IMG/VR virus record: IMGVR_UViG_3300045988_166055
Span: 64,001-128,000 of that record
Direction: 5' to 3' (one strand)
Source of the DNA: a virus
DNA length: 64,000 nucleotides
The notes below the pieces were generated by a model that saw only the letters and a program-made list of their open reading frames with translations, ran no database searches and had not been told where the DNA came from. The stretch's first letter is position 1; each line of letters begins with the position of its first letter. Positions 47,133-55,600 of this stretch are shown piece after piece. The translations under genes were made by a program, and so were the position numbers.

Positions 47133-48737
47133 TTGAATCTTAATGAAGAGCAGAAGCTAGCAGTTGAATGCGATGATGATCTAATTTTATGCATGGCTGG
47201 AGCAGGGTCTGGCAAAACAACTGTTCTCATTGAAAGAATAAGCAGACTTTGTGAAAAAGAAGATCCAAAGAGTATTCTTGCTCTTACATTTACAAATGCC
47301 GCAGCATTTGAAATGAAGGACAGATATATAAGACGAAATCCTGGAAAGCTTGTACCAGAATTTAGAACATTCCACAGTTTCTGCTATTCTGTTCTTTGCA
47401 CAGATTATGAAATCCGAAATAAGCTTGGATATCATTCTGTTCCGAGCATATGCGACGAAGCAAAGATGAAGCGTATTCAGAATACTGTTTATCTTGAATT
47501 AGGTCTACATCTTTCTAAAGATGAATTAAATGGAAAAGTTAAACTTAGTCCAAAGAAAGAGCAAGAATATGCTCTTTATAAAAAGAGAATCAAAAAAGTA
47601 ATGAAAGACGAAAACATAATCACTTTCGATGAATTGTCTTCGTCTATTTGTGATTTGTTCTTCAACGAAGACCAATTGACCAATAAATACAAAGATCGAT
47701 TCAAGTATCTTCTTATTGATGAATTTCAAGATACAAGTCCGGAACAGTGGAAGTTTGCAACTTCGTTCAAACATTCTAAAATTTTTCTTGTCGGAGATGA
47801 GAAACAGGCAATCTATTCCTTCAGAGGCGCTGACAGCTCTATCATAAAGATGCTTTCTGAACTTGATAATTGGACTCATATCTATCTTCCTAGAAATTAT
47901 AGATCAACAACGCAAATATGCAGTTTCGCAAATAAAATTGTTCGTCAGTCTGGTAGCAAACTGAAGATAGAACTGATTTCTGATAGGTCAGGACCTAGTG
48001 TTACTGTTCTTCCTTCTACATCAAACAGATATTCTGAACCTATTGGAATAGATGATTTTGCTACTTTCTGCGAAATGAATAGAGAGCTTGAAGGAACAAC
48101 AGCAATTCTATGTAGATCAAACTCAGAAGTAGCAGAAGTTTGCAGAATGCTTGATGGTGCAGGACTAAACTATCTTACAGGTAAGAAGAACACAGACTAC
48201 AAGTATATTATTAAATCTGTAAAGGATAACGAATATCTAGCAGACTGGCTTGCTTCTTACTTGAATGCAGATAAATACGCTGATTTTATTCGTATTCAGT
48301 CAATTGAAAATATGAGCAGAATTGATGTAATTGTAAATTACTTTTCAAATGTAAAGAAGATTCAAGATAGACTTAGAAAAGTGGTAACTATTAGAAAAGC
48401 GTTGAAAAACCCTTCTAGGTCAAGGATGTCTATGGCCGTCGATGTATTGACTATTTGTGGATTCAATCCCTTAGATAATCAAATTGAAGTAGACGAAAAT
48501 TGTTCGTCTGACGAACTTTTTGAAGCAATTACAGCAGTGATTGAAGAGAAGATTGTATCAGATCTATATGTAGGAACAATTCACAGCTCTAAGGGGCTTG
48601 AATATGACAATGTATTTCTTTTCAATGTGAACGACTATTCATTCAAATTGAACAAAGAGGATCAGTGGAATCTTTATTATGTAGGTGTTACAAGGGCAAA
48701 GACTAATCTTGTTATATTCAAAGGAGACGCATACTGA
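47133..48737 (+). CDS. UvrD/PcrA-family (SF1) DNA helicase
   Basis: MAGAGSGKT (I), LLIDEFQDTS (II), VGDEKQAIYSFRGA (III), RNYRST (IV), TIHSSKGLEYD (V), YVGVTRAK (VI); TTG start after AGGAGG. Confidence 0.85.
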   Translation: MNLNEEQKLAVECDDDLILCMAGAGSGKTTVLIERISRLCEKEDPKSILALTFTNAAAFEMKDRYIRRNPGKLVPEFRTFHSFCYSVLCTDYEIRNKLGYHSVPSICDEAKMKRIQNTVYLELGLHLSKDELNGKVKLSPKKEQEYALYKKRIKKVMKDENIITFDELSSSICDLFFNEDQLTNKYKDRFKYLLIDEFQDTSPEQWKFATSFKHSKIFLVGDEKQAIYSFRGADSSIIKMLSELDNWTHIYLPRNYRSTTQICSFANKIVRQSGSKLKIELISDRSGPSVTVLPSTSNRYSEPIGIDDFATFCEMNRELEGTTAILCRSNSEVAEVCRMLDGAGLNYLTGKKNTDYKYIIKSVKDNEYLADWLASYLNADKYADFIRIQSIENMSRIDVIVNYFSNVKKIQDRLRKVVTIRKALKNPSRSRMSMAVDVLTICGFNPLDNQIEVDENCSSDELFEAITAVIEEKIVSDLYVGTIHSSKGLEYDNVFLFNVNDYSFKLNKEDQWNLYYVGVTRAKTNLVIFKGDAY

Positions 48738-49066
48738 TGAATAACCCAACCGAAGATTTCTTGACAACAATATCAAAGAGATTATCATCTAGATCAGATT
48801 GTAAGAATGTTATGTATGTTGTTAGAATCAAAAGTAACACAGTGACAATGTTTCCAGATATATATGTATACAGAAGTAAGCACAACAGAAAGCCTGAAGA
48901 TAAAATGAACATACTATGTTATGTTCAGAATGTAGTTAAAGGACTTCATGTAAATTTAGAAGTAGACGGTGGAATCGTTATTGATGATGTAAATTTACAG
49001 GATGGTGAGTACATATATCAATCTTCTTTTGATAACAAAAGAAGAAAGTGGAGAAGACTTGTCTGA
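48737..49066 (+). CDS. hypothetical protein (109 aa)
   Basis: ATGA overlap with the helicase stop. Confidence 0.55.
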   Translation: MNNPTEDFLTTISKRLSSRSDCKNVMYVVRIKSNTVTMFPDIYVYRSKHNRKPEDKMNILCYVQNVVKGLHVNLEVDGGIVIDDVNLQDGEYIYQSSFDNKRRKWRRLV

Positions 49067-49083
49067 CACCTTAGGAGGAAAAT

Positions 49084-50868
49084 ATGAAAATTAAATCAGT
49101 TGAGATCTGGGGAATGCACAATGTGTTGCACAAGAAGTATGACTTCAGTAGTGTAAACTATTTCTTCGGAAAGAATGGTTCCGGAAAAACAACTGTGCTG
49201 CAGGCTGTGCAGCTGGCGCTTCTCGGATACATTCCTGGAACAAATAAGAAGGCACAGGATATCTTTACACATAGCTGCGCGCCAGAGATGAAAGTTTCTC
49301 TGGTATTTGACAATGGATACAATATCACTCGAAGCTACAAGAAAAACAAGCAGTCAGTAAAATCTGAAACAACTTGTATTCCTGATGGATTTGACCCTTC
49401 TGATATTCTAAAAGATATAGAATTGCCTGTTTTTAACTTTAGTTCCTTCCTCACAATGTCTCCAAATGCTATGAAGAATTGGTTCATTAAATTCTTGCCG
49501 TCTTCTGAAAATGAAGTAAACTGGAAAGATATTCTAGATGGATCAGAAGTAAGCTATGTAAATGACTCTCTTTATAGAGATGTTCTAAATTATGCGTCCG
49601 AGCTGCCTCCTGATATTGAAGGTGTTATTAAACTAAATGAATATATGAAAGCCTTACTTTCATTCAAACAAGCAGAGCAGAAGCGATATCAGTCTACTTT
49701 CTCTTCATTGGTTTACTATCAAGATTATGATGGACCAAACAATGAAAACGAAATTACTGATAAGATTGCGTCACTTCGTCTTACTAAGCAGAAGTATTTG
49801 AATGATGTCTCTGCTTATAATTCTCAGCAGTATACTGAACGATGTCTTTCTGAATATTCAGACTTAAGCGATGAAATAAATAATGATGACGATTTTATTT
49901 CCTGCCAGTCTTCTGTACATGATCTTGAAAATAAACTAAGAGAAATCGATTCAAAAAAGTTTGAAATTGAGAGAGAGATCAATTCAAAGCGTCATGAATA
50001 CGACGAAGTAAACAAAGTTGCATCAACCGGAGGAATTTGTTCTTACACAAATGAAGTTTGCTCTTCTATTCAGCCAATGATAAACGGAATGAAAGAGCGT
50101 TCAGTAAGGTTGAAAGAAAGCATTTCTAATCTAAAAATTCAGCTAGAATCTATTTCTTATTCTAGAGTGTCTGTATGTAAAACTTTGAATGAAACAAAAC
50201 AGAAAGTTGCGGCCATCATCAAGCGTTATGATGAAAGAGATACTATTCTTAAAAGCTACAATCCTGTAAGTAAGCCCGAAGATTTGGATATTTCTTTCAT
50301 TGATAATGAAATTGCAAGACTTGAGGAATGTATTGTTCAGTTGCGAGCAAACCTTCAATATGATAGAATTTCCGAAAATGTTAGCAGAGAAAAGATGGTC
50401 ATGGAGCAAGACATTGACACACTAAAGAATTGGATCAATGCTACCGGGCCTAATGGAATTCAGGCAAGCTTGTCTGAAAAGCCATTCCACGATATGGAAA
50501 TCATTCTAAATGATTTCCTCCATACAATGTATGATCCAAACATCTCCTTCAAGTTTATTCTTGACAGCAAGAACAATAGTTTCGGATTTGGAATCATTCG
50601 TGATAAACGATTCATCAAATTTGATACGCTATCAAGTGGTGAGAAATGCATTGTATCTATTGTACTTGCTACTGGGTTGATTAGCTGCAACAAATCTCAA
50701 ATTCATCTAATGCTTGTTGATGATGCGCTTGATCATCTAGATGACGAAAAAGCAGATATGTTCTTCAGCACACTCGCAAAACTTGGAGACACTCAGTTCA
50801 TTCTTGCAGGTGTTAAAAAATGTAATGTTAATACCAGTGATAACTTCAAAATCACTGAAATAATTTAA
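49084..50868 (+). CDS. Rad50/SbcC-like ABC-type ATPase with coiled-coil insert
   Basis: Walker A GKNGSGKTT; long helical middle; signature LSSGEK; Walker B LMLVDDALDHLD. Confidence 0.7.
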   Translation: MKIKSVEIWGMHNVLHKKYDFSSVNYFFGKNGSGKTTVLQAVQLALLGYIPGTNKKAQDIFTHSCAPEMKVSLVFDNGYNITRSYKKNKQSVKSETTCIPDGFDPSDILKDIELPVFNFSSFLTMSPNAMKNWFIKFLPSSENEVNWKDILDGSEVSYVNDSLYRDVLNYASELPPDIEGVIKLNEYMKALLSFKQAEQKRYQSTFSSLVYYQDYDGPNNENEITDKIASLRLTKQKYLNDVSAYNSQQYTERCLSEYSDLSDEINNDDDFISCQSSVHDLENKLREIDSKKFEIEREINSKRHEYDEVNKVASTGGICSYTNEVCSSIQPMINGMKERSVRLKESISNLKIQLESISYSRVSVCKTLNETKQKVAAIIKRYDERDTILKSYNPVSKPEDLDISFIDNEIARLEECIVQLRANLQYDRISENVSREKMVMEQDIDTLKNWINATGPNGIQASLSEKPFHDMEIILNDFLHTMYDPNISFKFILDSKNNSFGFGIIRDKRFIKFDTLSSGEKCIVSIVLATGLISCNKSQIHLMLVDDALDHLDDEKADMFFSTLAKLGDTQFILAGVKKCNVNTSDNFKITEII

Positions 50869-50885
50869 CAAGGAGAATATAATAA

Positions 50886-51341
50886 ATGGGTCTAGAAATT
50901 GGTAAATTTGTTGATGTAGAAGTAATTCGTATCATTGACAAGGGAGCAGTTGTTCGCCTAGAGGATGGACATACAGAGCTCATTCATCTATCTAAAGTTT
51001 CTAACAAATTTGTTAGAGACGTAAACGACTATCTTGCTGTAGGAGATAGACTGAAAGCAGAAGTAGTCAAAGGAACATACAAGGAAACTGAACTGTCAAT
51101 CAAGTATCTAGATCTGTCTCCTAAAAAGAAGGAAGAAAAAACTAACCAAAAGCCCGTTGAAAATGCTAAGCCTCAGAAATCATATAATCAAGCTAAAAAG
51201 GAGTCATTTCCTCAGATGAGCCTCGATGACATGATAAAGCAAAGCAACAAGCAGTTCGACGATAAGTTCAGAGGTAAGCGAGAGTTCACAAAGAAGAACA
51301 AGAACTATCGAAAGAAAAAAAGACCTTACGAAGATGATTGA
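50886..51341 (+). CDS. S1-domain RNA-binding protein with a basic tail
   Basis: GKFVDVEVIRIIDKGAVVRLEDGHTELIHLSKVSNKFVRDVNDYLAVGDRLKAEVV. Confidence 0.7.
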   Translation: MGLEIGKFVDVEVIRIIDKGAVVRLEDGHTELIHLSKVSNKFVRDVNDYLAVGDRLKAEVVKGTYKETELSIKYLDLSPKKKEEKTNQKPVENAKPQKSYNQAKKESFPQMSLDDMIKQSNKQFDDKFRGKREFTKKNKNYRKKKRPYEDD

Positions 51342-51528
51342 GACCATATTTCTTCCTGACGGAAGCATAAGGTATACAAATAGCTGTTCAAATAAATTGT
51401 ACACAAGTTATGCTGATGCTAAAGTAAATGAGGAAGAAATGAAGCAAATAGATAATAGGCTGAGGAGAAAATCCTCAGCCAATATCTATATAAATAAAAC
51501 GTTTGTAAAGAAAACAAGAGGTGTATGA
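51334..51528 (+). CDS. hypothetical protein (64 aa)
   Basis: Overlapping starts and stops on both sides. Confidence 0.45.
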   Translation: MIETIFLPDGSIRYTNSCSNKLYTSYADAKVNEEEMKQIDNRLRRKSSANIYINKTFVKKTRGV

Positions 51529-52772
51529 TGTTTAATAAGTATCCTGAATTACGAATTGCATATGAAAAAGAATGCAGACGACAGGAACAAAACATAGAGT
51601 TCATTGCTTCAGAAAATTTTGTAAGTATTGATATATTATCAGCCCTAGGAAGTGTATTTACAAACAAATATAGCGAAGGGTATCCAAAGTACAGAACTGA
51701 AGATAAGGGAAACAAAGGAAGATACTACGGAGGGTGTCAATACATTGACGAAGTAGAAGATTTCTGTATTGAGCAATGGAAGAAAGTATTTCATTTAGAT
51801 CATAAGATATCTGGATTGAATAAAACAAGTTATCATGTCAATGTTCAGCCTCATTCTGGTTCGCAAGCTAATATGGCTTCGTACATGAGTGTACTTAATC
51901 CTGGTGACACTATTCTGTCAATGAACCTAAACAACGGAGGGCATCTTACACACGGATCCTCTGTTAATTTCTCTGGAAAACTTTATAATGTTGTTTTCTA
52001 TGATGTAGATGAAAGAGGATACATTGATTATCTTGACATTGAAAAGAAGATAAAAGAGTTCAAACCTAAACTTGTTTTAGCAGGAGCAAGTGCCTATTCT
52101 AGAACAATTGATTTTGAAAGGATATATAACATAATAAATATATGTTCGACTCATGATTACAGGCCGTATTTCATGGTAGATATGAGTCATATAGCAGGAT
52201 TAGTTGCTACAGGTAACCATCCTTCTCCCTTTGGTTATGCAGATATTATAACTACCACAACACACAAGACATTAAGAGGGCCTAGAGGTGGTATAATATT
52301 TTGTGTAAATGACCTTGCAAAGAAAGTAGATAGTTCAGTATTTCCTGGTTGTCAAGGTGGTCCACTTCAGAATGTAATTCTTGCAAAGGCAGTATGCGCT
52401 TGTGAAGATTGCCAACCGGAATATTACAAATACATTGATAAAGTTGTTAGGAACGCAAATGCAATGGCCACCAGGTTCAAACAGCTTGGTTACGAAATAG
52501 TAACAGGTGGAACCGATAATCACATGTTCTTGATTGACTTGTCTAAAACTCATCCTAATTTATCCGGTAGAAATGTTCAGGAATATTTAGACAAATTTAA
52601 TATAACCGTTAATAAGAATTGTGTACCAAATGAAAAACGAGGTCCTCAGCAAGCTTCAGGAATACGGATTGGTACACCTGCAATGACAACTAAGGGCTGG
52701 TCAGAAACGGATTTCATAATTTGCGCTGAGAAGATTGACGAGCTAATTAAACAGCTAAATAAGAATCGTTAA
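51525..52772 (+). CDS. glyA: serine hydroxymethyltransferase
   Basis: IASENFVS, SEGYP..RYYGGC, VQPHSGSQAN, TTTTHKTLRGPRGG (PLP lysine motif). Confidence 0.9.
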   Translation: MMFNKYPELRIAYEKECRRQEQNIEFIASENFVSIDILSALGSVFTNKYSEGYPKYRTEDKGNKGRYYGGCQYIDEVEDFCIEQWKKVFHLDHKISGLNKTSYHVNVQPHSGSQANMASYMSVLNPGDTILSMNLNNGGHLTHGSSVNFSGKLYNVVFYDVDERGYIDYLDIEKKIKEFKPKLVLAGASAYSRTIDFERIYNIINICSTHDYRPYFMVDMSHIAGLVATGNHPSPFGYADIITTTTHKTLRGPRGGIIFCVNDLAKKVDSSVFPGCQGGPLQNVILAKAVCACEDCQPEYYKYIDKVVRNANAMATRFKQLGYEIVTGGTDNHMFLIDLSKTHPNLSGRNVQEYLDKFNITVNKNCVPNEKRGPQQASGIRIGTPAMTTKGWSETDFIICAEKIDELIKQLNKNR

Positions 52773-52784
52773 TAAGTATGTAGG
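52763..52784 (+). promoter_or_regulatory. class A box (overlaps the glyA stop)
   Basis: GAATCGTTAATAAGTATGTAGG. Confidence 0.5.
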
Positions 52785-52969
52785 CAGACAACATCTGCTT
52801 ACAACCAGAAGAGAAGGGTCGCTACCTTCGGGAAGTGCTATTTTTGGGACGAGCACTCAGGCAAGTTGGTGGGTAGCCTTGCCAGTTAAAACTCATTTGT
52901 ATCAAATCAGAAATGATTGTATTTTGACTTATCTAAAAGCTAAAGTTTTACGAACTAGAAAGAAGTTTG

Positions 52970-53179
52970 ATGATATTGAAGTCTGAGTCAAATAAATACT
53001 ACGATCAGATTGATAAAGCTATCAAGTCATATGAACAGTTTAGACCTTGTCATCCTATGGGTCCTGATAAAATATGTGACAAGATTGATTGGTGCTGGAA
53101 ATGGAGAAAAATTTCTGAAAATCAAATGCACAACCTGGTCGATAGAATAGTTTATCTTATGGACAATAACTTAGTTTGA
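52970..53179 (+). CDS. hypothetical protein (69 aa)
   Basis: ATG 52970; weak SD; Trp/Cys-rich (DWCWKWRK). Confidence 0.45.
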   Translation: MILKSESNKYYDQIDKAIKSYEQFRPCHPMGPDKICDKIDWCWKWRKISENQMHNLVDRIVYLMDNNLV

Positions 53180-53193
53180 TCTTATTTTAATAT

Positions 53194-53268
53194 TGGGGCG
53201 TAGCCAAGCGGAAAGGCAGTAGACTTTGACTCTATTATTCGCTGGTTCGAATCCAGCCGTCCCAGCCA
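53194..53268 (+). tRNA. tRNA-Gln (anticodon UUG)
   Basis: Acceptor TGGGGCG/CGTCCCA, loop CT-TTG-AC, T arm GCTGG-TTCGAAT-CCAGC, encoded G-CCA. Confidence 0.85.
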
Positions 53269-53469
53269 GTGGTCAATTAGCTATTGACTGATGTCAGAGT
53301 AATCAGCTAACCTGACAAAGAATGAAAATGATCGCTGAAAACTGCTACTAAAGGATTCGTCCTCATTATTCACCTTAAGATAGTGGCTAGTTATTTGTGG
53401 ATTACTAGTTGATGATGATTAGCGTGACAATCTAAGCGGTAAGCTGATGAATAGTTAGGAGGAACATAA

Positions 53470-53853
53470 ATGAAAATTCTTCGTCATCAAAACATAGAAG
53501 GAATGGCGAGAGTTGGATTTACTTCAGATAGCTACGAAGTATACGTCAATACAGACGATGGTGGAAAAATTCCTCACTTTCATTACAGACTGAAAAATGA
53601 TTGGAATAAGTTTCACACATGTATAAAAATTGAAAGTCCTGAATATTTTCATCATACAGGTAAAGAAAGCGTGTTGAATTCTAAACAAATTAGATCGCTC
53701 ATTCGATTTCTTAAGTCATCTGTATCTCTATCACAATATAGTGAAAAATTTTCTAACAACTTTGAATTGATTATTTTTCTATGGAACATAAACAATTCGG
53801 ATGTTATAGTTGATCCTGAAACAAAAATTCCTGATTACTATCAACTAAATTAA
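53470..53853 (+). CDS. hypothetical protein (127 aa)
   Basis: SD TAGGAGG; GGKIPHFHYRL motif. Confidence 0.6.
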   Translation: MKILRHQNIEGMARVGFTSDSYEVYVNTDDGGKIPHFHYRLKNDWNKFHTCIKIESPEYFHHTGKESVLNSKQIRSLIRFLKSSVSLSQYSEKFSNNFELIIFLWNINNSDVIVDPETKIPDYYQLN

Positions 53854-53855
53854 AT

Positions 53856-53877
53856 CCAATCGTTATTAAGTATGTAG
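53856..53877 (+). promoter_or_regulatory. class A box
   Basis: CCAATCGTTATTAAGTATGTAG. Confidence 0.5.
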
Positions 53878-54040
53878 CAGCTAGTAAGCTGTAACATAAG
53901 GAGCTCACAATCCTGCCGAAATATCTTCTAGAATATTTCCGCACAATATAGAAAAGAGTGGGTGGCAAGGAATATGCCAGGAATGATTCTAAGCTTGACA
54001 TGCAAGTACAACCGGGTGAGAAACTAGTCCCGGTAAATAT

Positions 54041-54115
54041 TGTCAATTAGTTTATGAGGTAAAACATTGTAGCTTAAGATACAATAAGTTGGTTCAATTC
54101 CAACATTGACAGCCA
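54041..54115 (+). tRNA. aberrant tRNA-like gene with an 8-nt anticodon loop (UAA or UUA)
   Basis: Perfect acceptor TGTCAAT/ATTGACA + G-CCA; D arm GTTT-ATGAGGTA-AAAC; T arm GTTGG-TTCAATT-CCAAC; anticodon stem TTGTA/TACAA closing GCTTAAGA; 3-nt variable region. Confidence 0.55.
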
Positions 54116-54234
54116 TCGGTCATTGTTGACTGACGCCCACCGAATCTGCTATCTTAGATCATCAGTAGCAGATGCAGTTTTCTAGTTCTCTTTTCTGTTC
54201 ATCGAACGTGTTGAAAATAAAGAGAATAATATAT

Positions 54235-54326
54235 GGCGCGATACCGAAGTGGTCATAACGGAGCGGTCTTGAAAACCGTAGGCGGTGATGAGCCGTCCGT
54301 GGGTTCGAATCCCACTCGCGCCGCCA
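54235..54326 (+). tRNA. tRNA-Ser (anticodon UGA), class II
   Basis: Acceptor GGCGCGA/TCGCGCC, loop CT-TGA-AA, long variable arm, T arm GTGGG-TTCGAAT-CCCAC, G-CCA. Confidence 0.85.
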
Positions 54327-54549
54327 TGCCTTTTCATTCAGCTGACATTAGATTGTCAAATTGATGAAAGTGAAACCAACTATGCTGGCAGGTTGTCGAC
54401 GGGTTGAAGAGCCGTAGAGTCTAAACTATTCTCCTCTATTCTAGAAAGAGTCGGAAAGCTAGGCCCCGTAGTAGCAGCCGAAAAGTATCCTAAAACGATA
54501 GGCGTTAAAAAATGTTTTATAGGTGACAGCCCGGAAAGACGGGCATTCT

Positions 54550-54645
54550 CATCTGCTAGAACAATGGTAGTTCAGATAAGTTTATGCTTATTCCGTGTCT
54601 GTTGGTCAATCAGACATTATCTCGGTTCGAATCCGAGGCAGGTGA
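54550..54645 (+). tRNA. atypical class-II-like tRNA look-alike 1 (UAU-type loop, no encoded CCA)
   Basis: Acceptor CATCTGC/GCAGGTG; D arm GAAC-AATGGTA-GTTC; hairpin ATAAG-TTTATG-CTTAT (6-nt loop); extra arm GTCTG-TTGGTCAAT-CAGAC; T arm CTCGG-TTCGAAT-CCGAG. Confidence 0.4.
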
Positions 54646-54649
54646 CAAA

Positions 54650-54977
54650 TGTCTACTGGTCACCATCTACATACGACAATCAAAACTGCATAGGAGATGG
54701 AATTGGCAACGGCAGCCATGATAAGTGAAGCGATGTTCGAGTCATCAACCTGATCCTGTTCGACTCAGGCAGGGCATGGTGCAAAACTTATCAAGAGGAA
54801 CTAAGTACCTGCCTCGCTTCGGATAGCAAAGAAGGCGTTAGTAGTAATCGAAAAACTACTCGCGGTTACAGGGAGGGAGCGGCGTTATAGGTAAACCTCC
54901 TGGGTGTTCTGCTATCGTGCACCTTAGAAAGGCGAAGCTTTTCAGTTAGGACTAATCCGGCCAGATAGCAAAAATAT
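54650..54977 (+). ncRNA. ORF-free, G+C-rich structured spacer (candidate stable RNA)
   Basis: No ORF in the track; several local hairpins; lies between the tRNA look-alike and tRNA-Gly. Confidence 0.3.
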
Positions 54978-55051
54978 GCGGATATAGTGTAACGGTAACA
55001 TGCGACTCTTCCAAAGTCGTGTTGCGGGTTCGAGTCCCGTTATCCGCTCCA
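54978..55051 (+). tRNA. tRNA-Gly (anticodon UCC)
   Basis: Acceptor GCGGATA/TATCCGC, loop CT-TCC-AA, T arm GCGGG-TTCGAGT-CCCGT, T-CCA. Confidence 0.85.
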
Positions 55052-55069
55052 TAGAAGGAGGTGACAAAT

Positions 55070-55405
55070 ATGTCTGTTTATAAATGCCCAGTTTGCGGAG
55101 GAAGAGGATTTGTTACTTGCGGATTCTATTCAAGTCAAACATACGATGGAAGCTCGGTAACTAATTACAATTCAACTGAAGTTTGTAGAAGCTGTAATGG
55201 TAGAGGAATTATATTTGATGAATTCTTAGGATCAACTTCAAATAGTATTCATAGATATTGCAGTAATTGTGAAATGAACGATGGTATGGTGTATCCATCG
55301 TATCCTCCTAAATACAGATGTACTTTATCAGGTAATTTCAATGAAGGAACGCATACATGTAATCTAGATGATATTTTGTCAAAGGAAAATAACCAATCTG
55401 AATAA
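55070..55405 (+). CDS. DnaJ-type CxxCxGxG zinc-finger protein
   Basis: ATG 55070 after GAAGGAGG (3 nt after the tRNA-Gly CCA); CPVCGGRG ... CRSCNGRG. Confidence 0.6.
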   Translation: MSVYKCPVCGGRGFVTCGFYSSQTYDGSSVTNYNSTEVCRSCNGRGIIFDEFLGSTSNSIHRYCSNCEMNDGMVYPSYPPKYRCTLSGNFNEGTHTCNLDDILSKENNQSE

Positions 55406-55449
55406 GTTGATAATCGGTAGGGCGCTGCGGTGTGCTTGACCGTGTTCTC

Positions 55450-55483
55450 CCGTCCGGGTGTTGGCGCATCCGGACGGCTTTTT
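55450..55483 (+). terminator. rho-independent terminator
   Basis: CCGTCCGG-12 nt-CCGGACGG then CTTTTT. Confidence 0.75.
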
Positions 55484-55518
55484 CTATCTAGTAAATTATT
55501 AACGAATGATTAAGACTA

Positions 55519-55553
55519 TTGACTTTTCATAAGAATCGTTATATAATATGTAC
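55519..55553 (+). promoter_or_regulatory. class A box with a canonical -35
   Basis: TTGACT (55519-55524), 17 nt spacer containing AAGAATCGTTA, then TATAAT (55542-55547). Confidence 0.65.
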
Positions 55554-55600
55554 ATAAGTCAGCCAACACATCAAAAAGCTTCAAAGCTAAGGAGGAAAAA

